Origin: Octopus sinensis
Lineage: Eukaryota
Direction of reading: 5' to 3'
Assembly (NCBI RefSeq): GCF_006345805.1
Contig: NC_043003.1
Coordinates: forward strand, 110,980,001-111,044,000
DNA: 64,000 bases
Position numbers and translations under genes: made by a program. The notes beneath the pieces were generated by a model, which did not search any database, was not told the DNA's origin, and saw only the letters and a list, made by a program, of their open reading frames with translations. Shown here one piece after another: positions 1-12,884 of the stretch; the stretch's first letter is position 1; every line of letters begins with the position of its first letter.

Positions 1-12
1 GTTAGCCATATT

Positions 13-76
<64 letters not shown>

Positions 77-1664
77 TATAAGCAACTTATAAACAAGTGC
101 TAAAGAAAATTACTTCTATGCCACTATGCTGCTAACAGACTTTGAAATCGTCGTATATATGTGTGTGTGTGTGTGTGTGTGCGTGTGTGTGTGTGTATGT
201 GTGTACGTGTTTGTGTGTGTGTGTGGAAAATTTGATACGAGTTTGTTAGAGCTTTCTGCCACGAAAGAAATGTCTCAAAGTAAAGAGGAAAAGTAAAGAA
301 AATTGTTATTACTAAATCAGGACTTAACGAGGAATTTAGAAATTGTAAGTGTCTTCGGCAGCCCATGCTGAATCTTTTATTCCGAAGAATTTAGAAAAAG
401 TATTTAAAAAACAAGAAATCTTGTGAAACGTTAGAAAAAGTCGGCATCAATGAGGAAATACATTTAAAAAAATTGAGCCCGATGATTGGTCGCTCTGTTT
501 ACGTATACAAAAACAGGCAATTAGAGAGAAGAAATTAAGGAATTAAAAAAGAAACTTCTAAATAAGGAATGGCATAAAATTCCAACTTCAATTTAGACAA
601 GATGCATTTGAGAAAAAGCGAAATACTCGTGGCCACGATTTTCAATCATCTTACGGTGTTGTAAACCTATAACAGAGATTGTTGTACATCTACTGTGATT
701 GTCTCATATTTTGCTGTGATGTATAATCCAGATATCATTGTATATTGTTAATTTTAAACTAGTTAAAAGATCTGTATTCTGAGGTGAGTTAGAATGTGTT
801 CAGGAAACAGAAATGATAATTAAGCGACATGAATTTACATGTCGTTTCAGCTCAGGAAGTGTACGAGACTTGGATGACATTTATGAAGCTGATAACAAAG
901 ATAGCTATGGAAAAGACATCAAAGTAAATTGTGATTGGAAAAGAAAAGAGCTGTAAATACGAGTAAATATATTCTTAAAAAAGTATATAATAGAAAGTAA
1001 ATGTGCATCATTCCGAGATAAAAATGGATCACTTAACTCTAAGTTCTCCTCCGGAAAATGGTTAATGTATTGAAAAGACATTTATATTTTATTAAATATT
1101 TTATCATTGCATCTGAAGGAAAACTAAAAAGTCCATACATGTCTCTGCAGCATACCTGATTAAATCTACTGATGGCTTAATTAGCATATTCGTGATACAA
1201 GTAATTGCGAATTGGAAATGGAGATGAAGATATTATGCTGCCAGTGAAAAGAAATTGAGCCCGATGATTGGTCGCTCTGGCTATTAATGCCTATGAGAAA
1301 TATTTCATTATTGCTTTCAAGCATGTTGTTAAGGCAGTAAACTGGAAGAATATTTGAGCATCGCACAGAAAAAGACAGGTAAGAAAGCTAGGAGTATTTC
1401 TTTCGACTCATTAGGTCCCGGTGTCAAAATACAGCGCGGCCAACTTTGCCTTTTATTCTTTCGGGGTCGATAAGTAAACAAAATATTGTCGATGTAATCA
1501 ATATACCACGAACTATTGGCATTGAGACAAAATTAGAAAGATTTGTTACGTCTTGTGTTGCTGCATCTTTATTCGAATTACGAAAGGAAATTGTCATTGG
1601 AGCACTGGTATGAACAAATATTATCGGCCGCGTCACTCAAGTAATGCATACAAAGCTTATTTGA

Positions 1665-2070
1665 TATTTTATCTTTTATTGGACACGTTTCAGTCATTTG
1701 ACTACGGCCATAGTGGAGCACCACCGTGAAGGATTGTTTTAGTCGAAGAAATAGACTACAGTACTTATCTTTTAAAGCCTAGTACTTATTCTATCATTCA
1801 CTTTATCCGAAGCGCTAAGTAACGAGGTCGTAAACATATCAACACCAGCTATCAAGCGGTAATGGGGGTGGTGGCAAACAAAAACACACACCGGCACGCA
1901 CACACAAATATATACATATATATTTATACAACAGGCTTCTTTCAGTTTCCGTCTACAAAATCAACTCACAAGGCTTTGATCGCCTCGACATTTACCTAAG
2001 GTGTAACGGAGTGGGACTGATCCCGGAACTATGTCGCTGGGAAACAAGCTTTTTACCACACAGACACGTC
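1665..2070 (-). mobile_element. tRNA-derived octopod SINE
   Basis: Typical body (tttcagtcatttgactacggccat...aagcctagtacttattct...), central CA/TA tract, and reverse tRNA-like head (gtgggactgatcccggaac...ttaccacacag). Recognised from recurrence in this window (e.g. 21505-21850, 60420-60860). Confidence 0.8.
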
Positions 2071-2154
2071 TGTAAATATCTTTAACACATTAAATTTTCA
2101 CATCCACAATGACCACCAAACATAACTAAGCTACAAGTAAATAATAGAAGACTT

Positions 2155-2300
2155 ATTTTTCCTTTTATCTTGTATTGAACTCATTTCAGTCATTGGCTAC
2201 GGCCATACTGGAACACTTCCTTGAAGGATCGTTTTAGTCGAACGAATAGTCTCCAGTACTTATTTTATAAAGCCTAGTACTTATTCTAACGGTCTCTTTA
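2155..2300 (-). mobile_element. SINE 3' fragment, same family as 1665-2070
   Basis: Local similarity to 1670-1800 (tttcagtcatt...ggccata...ttagtcgaa...aaagcctagtacttattct). Confidence 0.75.
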
Positions 2301-2574
2301 GACCAATTGGAAAAAAAAAAAAACGCTGCAATAGTAAACAAAGCAACACAAAACCAAAACAAAATGGCATGCATGAGAGTAAATATTGAGACATTTTAGT
2401 AAATAATCAAAGTATGAAAACACACCAGATTAAGCATAATAGCAACAACAGCAGTAGCGGAGTGTAGTCCTCTCATGCAACTGATGTGTTAAAGCAAACC
2501 TTCCCTTAATGTAAACCGAGAAAAAAAAAAGAATATTTACATCAATAATTTTGCACCGATTGTTCATACTCTCT

Positions 2575-4060
2575 CTCCTAAATTATATCTGGGTTTTCTA
2601 GCTGAGAGGGCATGATCAGCATCTAAGAATTAATCCCACAAAATTCTTCAATAATCAATCCCTATGGCAATCCCTGGCTTATGTCCATAACACTTTTCCG
2701 TCATTTGGAATGCAACGATTTGGATAACATCCCAGTGCACAGTTTTACCGACGCAATCATGCGAGCTTTTGTAATCATTTCTAATCACTTGGATGTTTGG
2801 TAGTTACCTGTACGTTTTCAAGGTATTCTGTTAGAGAGGAAATGATTAGTGTATCCGTTTCTCATTTCAAAATTCCGTTTTTCAGTAATAACCAGCGTTC
2901 ATTGTTTCCGTCATATTCACCTTGTTGTATGGAATGACCGTATAATACTTTCTGCTTCTAGATCTTTGTTTAGTGGTTTCTTCATTCGGATCAGCAAATC
3001 TTTCATTGTTTCAGTGAATTTACATTTTTCGCTGCAATAAGTACAAATTACGAAAGCCAAAATTACAGGACTTGTGCTGTATTTAACACATGTTTGTCTT
3101 CCTTGTCCCTAGGTAAATAAAACCTATCGATAATTTGTTTAGAGTGTTGTGCATCATACATTGTTAGTATCTTCCTTCTGTTTTGCCATTTATGTGATTC
3201 TGCCTTTGTAGTTATAAAATAAAAAATCTTTTTTTTTTCAACACTGACATAGTCCGCATACTGACTGCTTTAGTGATCGATAACGCATTTAGATGCACCG
3301 CTCTATATTTGCAGCCAACATTTTCTTTCAGATGATATCAAATTATGGTAAAATTTGTCTGATCCAATGCAATGTTCTTCATGGTTAATACGGCACTCAT
3401 ATTCATATTGAAAACAAACTATATTCCATTATTGTTACCAAATATCCTTGCTTAAAAAATACTATTAGAAGCACTTCAATTTTCATTTCCAGTGAATAAT
3501 TTGAGTTTATCGTTCTATAGCAAATGATTTAGAATTTTCATGTTCTTCTCAAGCAGACCTGAATTTTCTCAGTATGTTGTCAAAGAAATAGATACAAAGA
3601 AGAACAAATTGAAAAGATGAGTGTCCCTAAAAATACGCGAGTCTCCTCAAATAAAAATATGAGTCTCTCCGGTCTTTCATATTCCCTAATGATTATTTCC
3701 CACCAAATATTTCTTTCTCCCATGACCGTATCGATTTTTCTAGATTCTGATACAACAACGTATGGATATCGAATGTCTCTAGGCAATCCGAAATATGACA
3801 ATATGGTGCATTCTCATATGCTTTTTTGAAGTTTATTCAAAGAACTGTTCACTTCATTTTGATTTGGCCTTTCCGTAGTATCATTCGATAGGTATGCAAT
3901 AAATCAATAGTACCTTTGATATCACTCTGTAGCACTTTTCTTCTTCCGTTAATAAGTTATGACCCAGAAAGACATAGGTTTAAATGCAATGTCATCAGTT
4001 ATTAATTTGCTGATCAATATTAAGTTTATAACAGGCTTATAATTACTGATTTCAACTCTC
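2575..4060 (-). mobile_element. Heavily decayed non-LTR retrotransposon, R4/Dong-like (RT plus restriction-like endonuclease)
   Basis: Frameshifted minus-strand translation gives SNYKPV..LISKLITDDIA, NFKKAYENAPY..ISDCLETF, LNHLL*NDKLKLF (RT motif NHLLFMDDLKLF), KVLYGHSIQQ..WLLLKNGILK*ETDTLII and DYKSSHDCVGKTVHWD..RILWD..ARKP. Confidence 0.8.
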
Positions 4061-4328
4061 TCATGAATATGTATTAACACTATTCAGGTTTTCGTTATTT
4101 ATGCTAGTGATAACTTTCCATACGGACACTAAGAATTAATACGATATGCTTTTAAATCCAAGTCAGTTAGCAGCATCGTATCGAAGATATATCCAGTTCA
4201 TCTATTTTATGTATCAGCCTCTTTTAAAATTTTCATCTGTAATACGTATATTCGATAGCCTAAACTCCTTTCTCATTTCAAGTAAAATCCCGTTATGGTC
4301 ATCATCATCATTATTACTATTATTGAAA

Positions 4329-4545
4329 AAGCGGCGAGAGGCAGAATTGTTAGTAGACTGGACAGAATGCTGAGAGATATTGCGATCATCGCTACGTTCT
4401 GAGTTCAAATTCCGGTGAGGTCGACTTCCTTTTTCCATCGTTTGAGGGTCGATAAAATAAGTATCAATTAAACAATGGAGTCGATACAATCGACTTATCT
4501 CCTCGTAGAAAATTGCTGCTCTTCAAGCTAAATTTGAAACCATTA
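4329..4545 (+). mobile_element. tRNA-derived octopod SINE (second family)
   Basis: gcggcgagaggcagaattgttag...gttctgagttcaaattccggtgaggtcgac...gggtcgataaaataagta...aaatttgaaacc; other copies at 19504, 33341 and, inverted, 18480 and 30360. Confidence 0.8.
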
Positions 4546-4589
4546 TGATTAGGATGATGATTATCATTATTATTATTACGATAGATGTC

Positions 4590-6400
4590 GCACAGTATAC
4601 AATATGAGGTTCTTGATTGAAGATATTGTGTCTAGCGGGGGTTTGTACTGTTTGTTAAGTAACAACAAGGACCTAAGACACAGAGTATTTTACGCAATAT
4701 GTGTACAGTTCCAAGTAATGCCGAGTTTTGCAATTCATCTAGATTGTAGGGTATTTCTAAGGTTTTCAGATGTTCTTATCAGATTGGGTAGTATTGAACC
4801 CAATGCTCTGATGACAATAGGGATAAACTTTATATTCGACACTCGTAGCTGCCACAGGATACCGATCTCAATTCTCAGGTCTCCATAATTATCAGCTTTT
4901 TCTCTTTCTTTCATGATGATGCGATAATCTCTTGGGACTACGACGTCGATAATTAGGCACTCTTGTTTGTCCCAACTAAAGGTTACTATATCCGGCCTTC
5001 GGTGCTGTAACACTTTGTCTGGAAATCGAATTCCCATAGGATTTTAGCCTTCCCCCTTTTGTCCATTACTTTTTCTAGTGTGTGGTGATACCAAGTACCC
5101 GTAACCTTATATCGATACTTACAGCGTAGTAGACAGTGGAGGTTTTGGGCTACATTGTTGCATCTACGCTTGTACTCTTTCTCCGCAGGACTTTCACAAG
5201 CACTAGGAATGGGAATCACGCTTTCGACCCTCTTCCCACACATTCTGCAGAATTGCGATGCATTTGTGTCCTATATATTCTTTTTCACTGAGTTGGTATT
5301 CAATGCCTGGTCCTGGGCCGCGATGGTTAGGCTTCCAGTATTCTATTTTAGGTCCCCTTGTTGAGCTACCACCATGATGCTTCCTGGTCTTTTCATTTGT
5401 TAGTTTCACGGTGGAACTGACAATGTAATTCCATACGAAGTAGATTTTCTTCTGTCTCGTTGGCTGTTCTAGATCGGAATTCATAGGCACTCTCAAGTTC
5501 ATTTTTGTTAACTCCTTCTGCACCAGCAGCATACTGTAGCAGGTCTTCTTTCCTGTTTACCAAATACACTGCCATGTTTCTTCTTTCACTGTTAATGCAC
5601 TCCCGTACTCTAGTCAGCCCACGTTCACCCTTACCTCTCTCATATAGAGCTTGTGTACATTTGTCTTAGAGTGGAGAGCACCATGCATTGGCATTGTCTT
5701 TCGGTTAGTGCGATGGAGTTGGTCAAACTCCGCTTGTGTCCATCTCAGCGGACTGTGCACTACAGCGGACTAATGCAACAGCCCTTATGTTGGTGACAGT
5801 TACAAGTTTCCTTGAGTTGAGCTTTGACTTCAAGAGAAGTTTCAGGCGCTTGAAATATACTGTGGTTACATGTCTTATATTTCTCTGTGCAAGATATTGT
5901 CCACCTCTAGGATCCCAAGGTATTGTACCCATCATCATCCGAGTCTTCCGTTCTGTCTCTATTTTGGAATTTTATGCCTCTACAATTTACTCTCTTTCTC
6001 TGCTTCAAAGTAAGTACCGCACACTTCGAGATACCGAATTCTATTCCTATACCCTTGCTGCACATTTGCACAGTCTCAACCAGCCTCTCTATTTGAGAGT
6101 CTGTTTTTGCGAACAGTTCAAATCATCCACGAAGAGAAGGTGGTTGAAATGAAGTCCGTTCTTTCTCAGCTCATATTGCACGTTGGTTTTACATAGGACA
6201 CTAGAAAATTGGATCAAGGCTATAACAAATAACAAAGGTAAACAAGAGTCTCCTTGGAAGATATCGCTTTTGATTTTTACCTCGGCCAAGTATTGGTCGT
6301 TACAGGAAAGACGCATTTTCCAACTAAGAATACTTTTATTAATCAGGGTATACACGTTCTCAGCTATTCCACACATTTATTTAATTAAACATTAAATGAT
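4590..6400 (-). mobile_element. 5'-truncated R4/Dong-like RLE LINE pseudocopy
   Basis: ORF fragments: RT (DIFQGDSCLPLLF, NHLLFVDDL), thumb (YFKRLKLLLKSKLN), CCHC knuckle (CGKRVESV..KEYKRR) and REL endonuclease (RRPDIV..IIDVVVP..KEREK..Y.DLR); TAA/ATT-rich tail at ~4545-4580. Confidence 0.92.
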
Positions 6401-6547
6401 ACACGTGCTGTCTTTTAAATCTTCTCCTTATATAAATTAAACTTAAACTCAACAGAATTAATATGTAAAATTGTAAGGACATTATTATTAATAGAATAGA
6501 AACGTATAGTTTTATTCAAGTCTTTTTAATGAAATATTAAAAAATGA

Positions 6548-6567
6548 TAACTATGATAATAATAATA

Positions 6568-6621
<54 letters not shown>

Positions 6622-6780
6622 TAATAAGAAGAAGAAGAAGACGAAGAAGAAGAAGAATGATGAAGATAATAATAATAATGATAATAATAATAATAATGAT
6701 AAAAATGATAATAATAATGATAATAATAATGATAATAATAATAATAATGATAATAATAATAATAATAAATATCTTCATCT
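6548..6780. repeat. (TAA)n/(GAA)n compound microsatellite
   Basis: Direct reading; source of the poly-Y/I ORFs. Confidence 0.97.
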
Positions 6781-9313
6781 TCATAAATCCTCAAATAATT
6801 GTTCTCAGCTCAACCGGAATGTTGCGTCAAGTAAAGGATTCGCGCTTATTTCCAATAGCCATTATTAATGTGTGTTGATTAAATATTTCATAAATTCCAT
6901 TTGATGTGGTATGTGATGCTTCAGCATAAAATTGTTTGCTGTAAACTATAGTGAATAAATTTTTAAAATAAGCTAACCCTTAAGCATATAACGTCATCAG
7001 AAAATCAATATTCTGAAGAATTTCTCTCATATTTAGTTTGATTATAGTCGAAAACCTACTCGGAAATTATCCTTAAGCATACGATGTTTTAGTGGGTATT
7101 ATATCTTTCAGTACATCTAGGATTACGCTTTCAGATCTCACCTACTTTTTCTTTAAAATAGTAGAGTGTAATTTGCTGAGGCTTGACTGATAGCTTGAAC
7201 GATAACCTGAAACCCACGCTCCTGGTTATTACAAATGCAGGGTGAAAGGCCAAAGACGTATACTTAATGTTAATACATTTATATTTAACGTGTTGCTGCA
7301 CGACAAAGTTGTATTACTGTGAAGGATCGTAAATATAATTTTGTAAACATTCTAGTTAGCATGTTAAGAAACTCAATTACATTCGCACTGAATACAGCAA
7401 ACCAAAAAATTGTTAGAATTTCATAAACTAATTACACTATGGTAATTACATAAACTTACATAAAATTACATAGAATTACATAAAATAATTACACTATGGT
7501 AATAAGTTGTTTAAAAGTACCAGTAATAATTAGCAATACAAATTTACCCAAATAATCATAAATGAAAACCCCCCCCCCTTTATATAACTAGATGTTTGCT
7601 CCGACGTGCATTGCATTTCACTGAAAATTTCCTCTGAGTCAGTGAATTGGGGAACGAAGCACCATAAATGCATAAAAATCATTACCTTTTCGTGATATAT
7701 GGTCAGAGGAAAATTGCATTTATTCTCTATATTCTTAGTATAATTTACGAGTTAATTTCCGCATATACTTTAATTTCATTAGATAAATGATTCAATAAGA
7801 TATCACTCAGATTTATCAAGATAATGCGCTATTGATAAGAAGCAGTTTATATACCTTATTATTATGTAATATATTAAAAAGAAAGCTCTACCACTCCAGG
7901 AATGAAACCTTCAAATTACCGTTGATATACATTTTCTTGTGACTAATTTTCTAGATAAATCATTAAATTTTATACAAATATTCAACTATTAAAAGTAAAA
8001 TAAAAGCTACATACATGCACCTTCAAATATGATGCCTACAATAACAAATATCCTAGATATTATTTCTATATTACAGCTGCATATAACAGTGAAACGGTAA
8101 ACCTGAGACTTCATACTAGATTTATACGTAAATATTTTGAAACATAAGAACATATAACAAGTGTTTAAAACCAAGCTACATTCCATTACATTATAGTTGA
8201 CTATACGTATAGCTGACACCTAGCAGTAAAACGCAGATATTACAAAGATTTAAAAGAGTGACTATTATTTATTTCCCCTGTCCATGCGATTTTGCAATAG
8301 ATAGAGTATTTAAGCTTTGATGCCACGAGTGCAACTGTAATAACACTGAAAATCGGCTATTCAACAGCACTTGTATGTTGAAATCGATGGGTAATTCTGC
8401 AAATTCATTTATAGAATTTAATTCAGTGTCGAAATAAGTTGTGTAAAGAAAGCGATACTCGAGAATGGCCGTAGTCCAATGACTGAAACAATCATCATAT
8501 ACATTCTCTCAAAAATCCAAAAAATAATTTTGCACACCTTCTAATAATATACCCGTAATTTTTGAATGATAATAACGTTAGAGATTAGAAATATATCATA
8601 AAATATATATGACAATATATCTGTATTTCCAAACAGTTACGGATACTTTTCATTTTTTCACTAAAAGAAGTGAATCTGGTTATTCATAAAAGGTTGTATC
8701 GTGAATGAATGCTCGAAAACCAATTTTATCAAAGTATTTTTAATTATGTGTGATTAATAGATTACGCAGCCACAGAGTAGCAAAATGTATTGTGCAGTGA
8801 GATATGATTGCTATTATATAGTTTATCTTTTGAAAATGACGTATTTCTCAATTGTAGGTTAGAAAATTCACATAAAATAAAAAAACGAAAGAAAAATATT
8901 TTAAAAACTACAAATTAAAAGGGTGTCTCATTAGAAATTATAACCTAAAGGTAAACTTAACAGAGGGCACAATTTAATTACTAATAAGCTACCATTTTAA
9001 TTTGTTACACACACACATGTTATCATTATCATAAGGTCTGTGGGCACGAATTTTGTATACCAATATTGTTGGGAAAGGAATGTCAACATTAAATGTAAAG
9101 TATACATAATTGAACTTTTAAATGACTGAAATAACAAGTAATTAAAAATGCAACATTTCATGTGAAACAACCTAATATATATATACAGAGAGAGAGAGAG
9201 AGAGAGAGAGAAATAGATAGAATGATAGATAGATAGAGAGACAGACAGACATACATATAGGTAGATAGACAGACAGACAAATAGATATATTCATACATGC
9301 ATACATGCATACA

Positions 9314-10590
9314 TACGAGGGACGATCAATAAGTAATGCCCCTGACCCATTTGCAGTTGTTTGATCTAGCTGAAATTTTGCATGTGAAAACATTTTTATC
9401 TCAATAGATGAAGTGGCAATAGATGAAGTGGCTCTGAACTAATTGTGGTTTCTGATGTACAGGTGTTTGAACTGAGTCAAGTGTGAAATGGAGCTTGTTG
9501 AGTGTCGAGCAGTGATCCGGTTTTTGTATTTGAAAGGACGCACACCACGAGAGACGTTTGATGAAATGAAAGTAACTTATGGTGATGATGTCCCATCATA
9601 TGACCTTGTAAAACGCTGGCATCGTGAATTCAAACATGGTCGGAACTCTGTGGAAACAGCTCCCAGATATGGTTGCCCCCTTTCTGCCATTGATGAGGCA
9701 TCTGTCCATCAAGTTGAGGCTGCCATTTTGGAAGATCGACGCATAACTATTCGCCAAATAGCCTATGAGGTCAATATTAGTACCGGGTCTGTGGAAACTA
9801 TCATTCATGACCATTTGCATATGCAAAAAGTGTCTGCCAGATGGATTCCCAAGTTTCTCACACCTTTCCAGAAGCAAGAACGCGTTGAGTGCTCGAGGAT
9901 GAATTTGGAGATGTGCCAAGAAGATGAGTCAAAATCTTTCAAAAGACTGATGACACAGGATGAAACCTGGGTCTATCACTATGATCTAGAGACCAAAGCC
10001 CAGTGAATGCAGTGGAAGCACCGTGACTCACCTCCTCCAAAGAAGGCGAGAGTGCAGCCCTCCGCTGGTAAGGTCATGCTCACAGTCTTCTGAGACCAGG
10101 ACGGAATAGTGATGACAGGTTTCCTGGCAAAGGGTTCCACAATTACAGGAGCCTATTATGCTTCACTTTTGAGGAAATTAGGAGAAGCTATCAAAATCAA
10201 GAGGCGGAGCAAGATCAGTAAAGGCATCCTCCTCCTGCAGGACAACGCTCAGGTCCACAACTCACGTGTTGCCAGATCAGAAGCACAGGCTATGAACTCC
10301 TCCCCCATCCCCAACTCTCCTGACCTTGCACTCTCTGATTTCCAGCAATGATGTTGTTTTTGAAAGGAAAGCGTTTCCCAGATGATACAGCCTAGATTTC
10401 TGAAGTCACGTCGTGGTTGGAGGACCAAGTTGGGGTCCTCTACAAAAAGTGTCTCCCGAGTCATCAAACGATGGGAGAAATGCGTAACTCTGGGTGGTTC
10501 CTATGTAGAAAAAGACTAATAACTGTGCCAAGTTTCGTTGCTCTACTGCCATGGGAAGTGGGTCAGAGGCATTACTTATTGAACTGGATA
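9314..10590 (+). mobile_element. Near full-length mariner (DD34D, irritans/Himar-like), inactivated
   Basis: TA plus left TIR cgagggacgatcaataagtaatgcccctgaccc; right TIR gggtcagaggcattacttattga (outer ~10 bp degenerate). Transposase from 9488 with WIPKFLT, QDETWVYHYD, LLQDNA and SPDLALSDF; stops at 10004 and ~10091, plus a deletion/frameshift near 10300. Confidence 0.95.
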
Positions 10591-11026
10591 TACACATAGA
10601 TCTCCGTTTGCATGTACAGGTTTTATATTTAAAAAAACCTTAAATCATGAAGCTGCATTGAAGCTGCTTTAATTACAAATGACACAATTGTTCCTGTGCA
10701 CTGTTATCAGCTATTCGCTGCCGAGTTTTACCTATTACACCATTAAATACATTATTTTATAAATGATTACATAAATAAATAGGATCCACCAGCAGCAGCT
10801 CTGTACTGGCAAGTTATGTATATAGACTTTCCTTATAGTAGAAGAAATAGCTAAAATTTGTGGGCTGCTATTTCTAAAAGTTCGGTGTGTGGTAAAGTAA
10901 ATTTTTTTGCTGAACCCTAATTATATAACGTAATGTTTTAAATATACCGTAAATGGTCTTTTTTGATACTGAACACTACTTGGTAATATGAATTAATAAT
11001 TAATTAATTTTACCTTTTTATTATTG

Positions 11027-11029
<3 letters not shown>

Positions 11030-11068
<39 letters not shown>

Positions 11069-11154
11069 ATATATATACATATATGTATATATATATATAT
11101 ATATACATAAATGTATATGTATATATATATGTATGTATATGTATACATATATAA

Positions 11155-11202
<48 letters not shown>

Positions 11203-11250
11203 GTATACATTTATGTAGGTATGTATATATGTACGCATGCGCGCACACAC
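11030..11250. repeat. (TA)n/(TATG)n microsatellite
   Basis: Direct reading. Confidence 0.95.
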
Positions 11251-12713
11251 AAAGGTGCTCTAAGATTTGAGTGATTTCAAAATGTTAATACATGCGTTAT
11301 AATATACACTGGTTTATGTGTGCTGGTATATTGTTGAGATCGGAGTATATTTTTTTGAAGGTGTTAAACAATTATGAACCTCTGAGATTTAAGTGATACG
11401 TAATGTATTAGTCTTAGAATAAGATTAGAGAACATTCACCTTTTGACCAAATATTATTACTTATAATTATATTTTTATCGAATACCGGATCACAGCTCAT
11501 ACAATGAAAGCTATTTGACATTTTATTTAACTGTACATGTACATGATTTTTGAATTGAGAGCCGTCTTAATGTTATTCAAGGGTAATTTCTTAAGACAAG
11601 TAAAGCAGAAATATTGTTTTGGTTACAAACAACATCTACTGGATATCATGTGATGATGCTCCTTTTATTGACAAATGATTGGCACCAACATGTTTGATGG
11701 GGTTTGATTTGAATGAGCCCACTATGTCACCAATTTGTCTGACAATGGGAGAGTCAGTTGAAATAGCATTTACATCAAATGATACTGAGGTTAATATAAA
11801 ATTTTTACCTTGGATTATTATGAATGTAACTATTATTCTAATTCCTAGTATTCTGATGCTATAACAGTTTATCTTGCAACGCATTGAACGGATGAAACAA
11901 ATTCGATACTTTTTTTTTAAATTCTAGAATACATTTAGTCAGCTATAATGTATTGTGACATTAATATATGTAGAATATATAACATTAACCTGCTATAATA
12001 ATCATTGCTTTGGGTAAATATTAGACATTTTTTTTCTTTCTTGTGAAGCTCCATGATGCTGTAAATGTGTCCACCAAAAATGAAAGAGAATGAAGCTATG
12101 ACAATACTGGATTTTGGCTGGAATTTTACAACCAATATCACATTATTCAATATTAAAGTGTTGTATCCCTTCTTAAATTAGTCAGATTTCGTTTGAGAGA
12201 TAAAAGTTGGCATCTATCTGTAGTAGTTTAATCGAGATAAAATATTTGGCTTAAATTAAATGACATGCTAAGCCTAGAATGCTGAGGGTGATGACTGGCT
12301 AAATCGGAAGAACAAACGATAAATACTATATCTCTATGTAGTTGCAACTCTTTTGTGTAAGAATTGAAACCCTGCCAGAGACAACTGGATTCTGATCATC
12401 CTGGATCAATCAATATTATAGCAAATAGTTATGTGCCGATCTTGATCTGCATTGCATCAGCCTCGATATAACATTACATCCTTTGCTTAAAGTATTTTTA
12501 TCGGCTATATCTCGTTAAATAACTCGCTGTGCCAGTTTACTTCTTTCCAAGAGCGAACTCGTTATGCGAATTACTCGTTTTACAAATAAATAACTCGTTA
12601 TGCGAATTACTCGTTTTACAAATCAATTTTCCCCATTGAAATTACGAGCCATGTTTCTCTTCTATTAAAAACGAGTCCCTTATATTAAGGAAACACAAAA
12701 AAGTATTACTTAC

Positions 12714-12884
12714 ATATCCATGTTCGGATGTATCTTCAAAGAGGGTCCCAACTCGGGACCATTGGAAAAGTTTCAAAAGTGCAAGTCTGGCCGGATTAAA
12801 ATCACTATCACTGGGTACTGTTCGGAAAAAATTTTCATATTCCTTTCGATCTGACAGTAAAGGATTTGTGTCAGCATAGGATAA
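12714..12884 (-). CDS. GABBR2-like: Internal coding exon of a metabotropic GABA-B receptor (class C GPCR, Venus-flytrap domain), subunit 2-like
   Basis: Minus strand ttgcag|TTA TCC TAT ... GGA TAT|gtaagt: 171 nt, phase 0/0, encoding [57 protein letters not shown]. Aligns without gaps to the 57-aa human GABBR2 exon-3 peptide as recalled ([57 protein letters not shown]). Exact paralogue not established; neighbouring exons not found in the window. Confidence 0.93.

Noticed and set aside
12400-12440. AHNYLL on the minus strand as a possible next GABA-B exon
   Set aside because: No in-phase AG acceptor and a stop after six codons.
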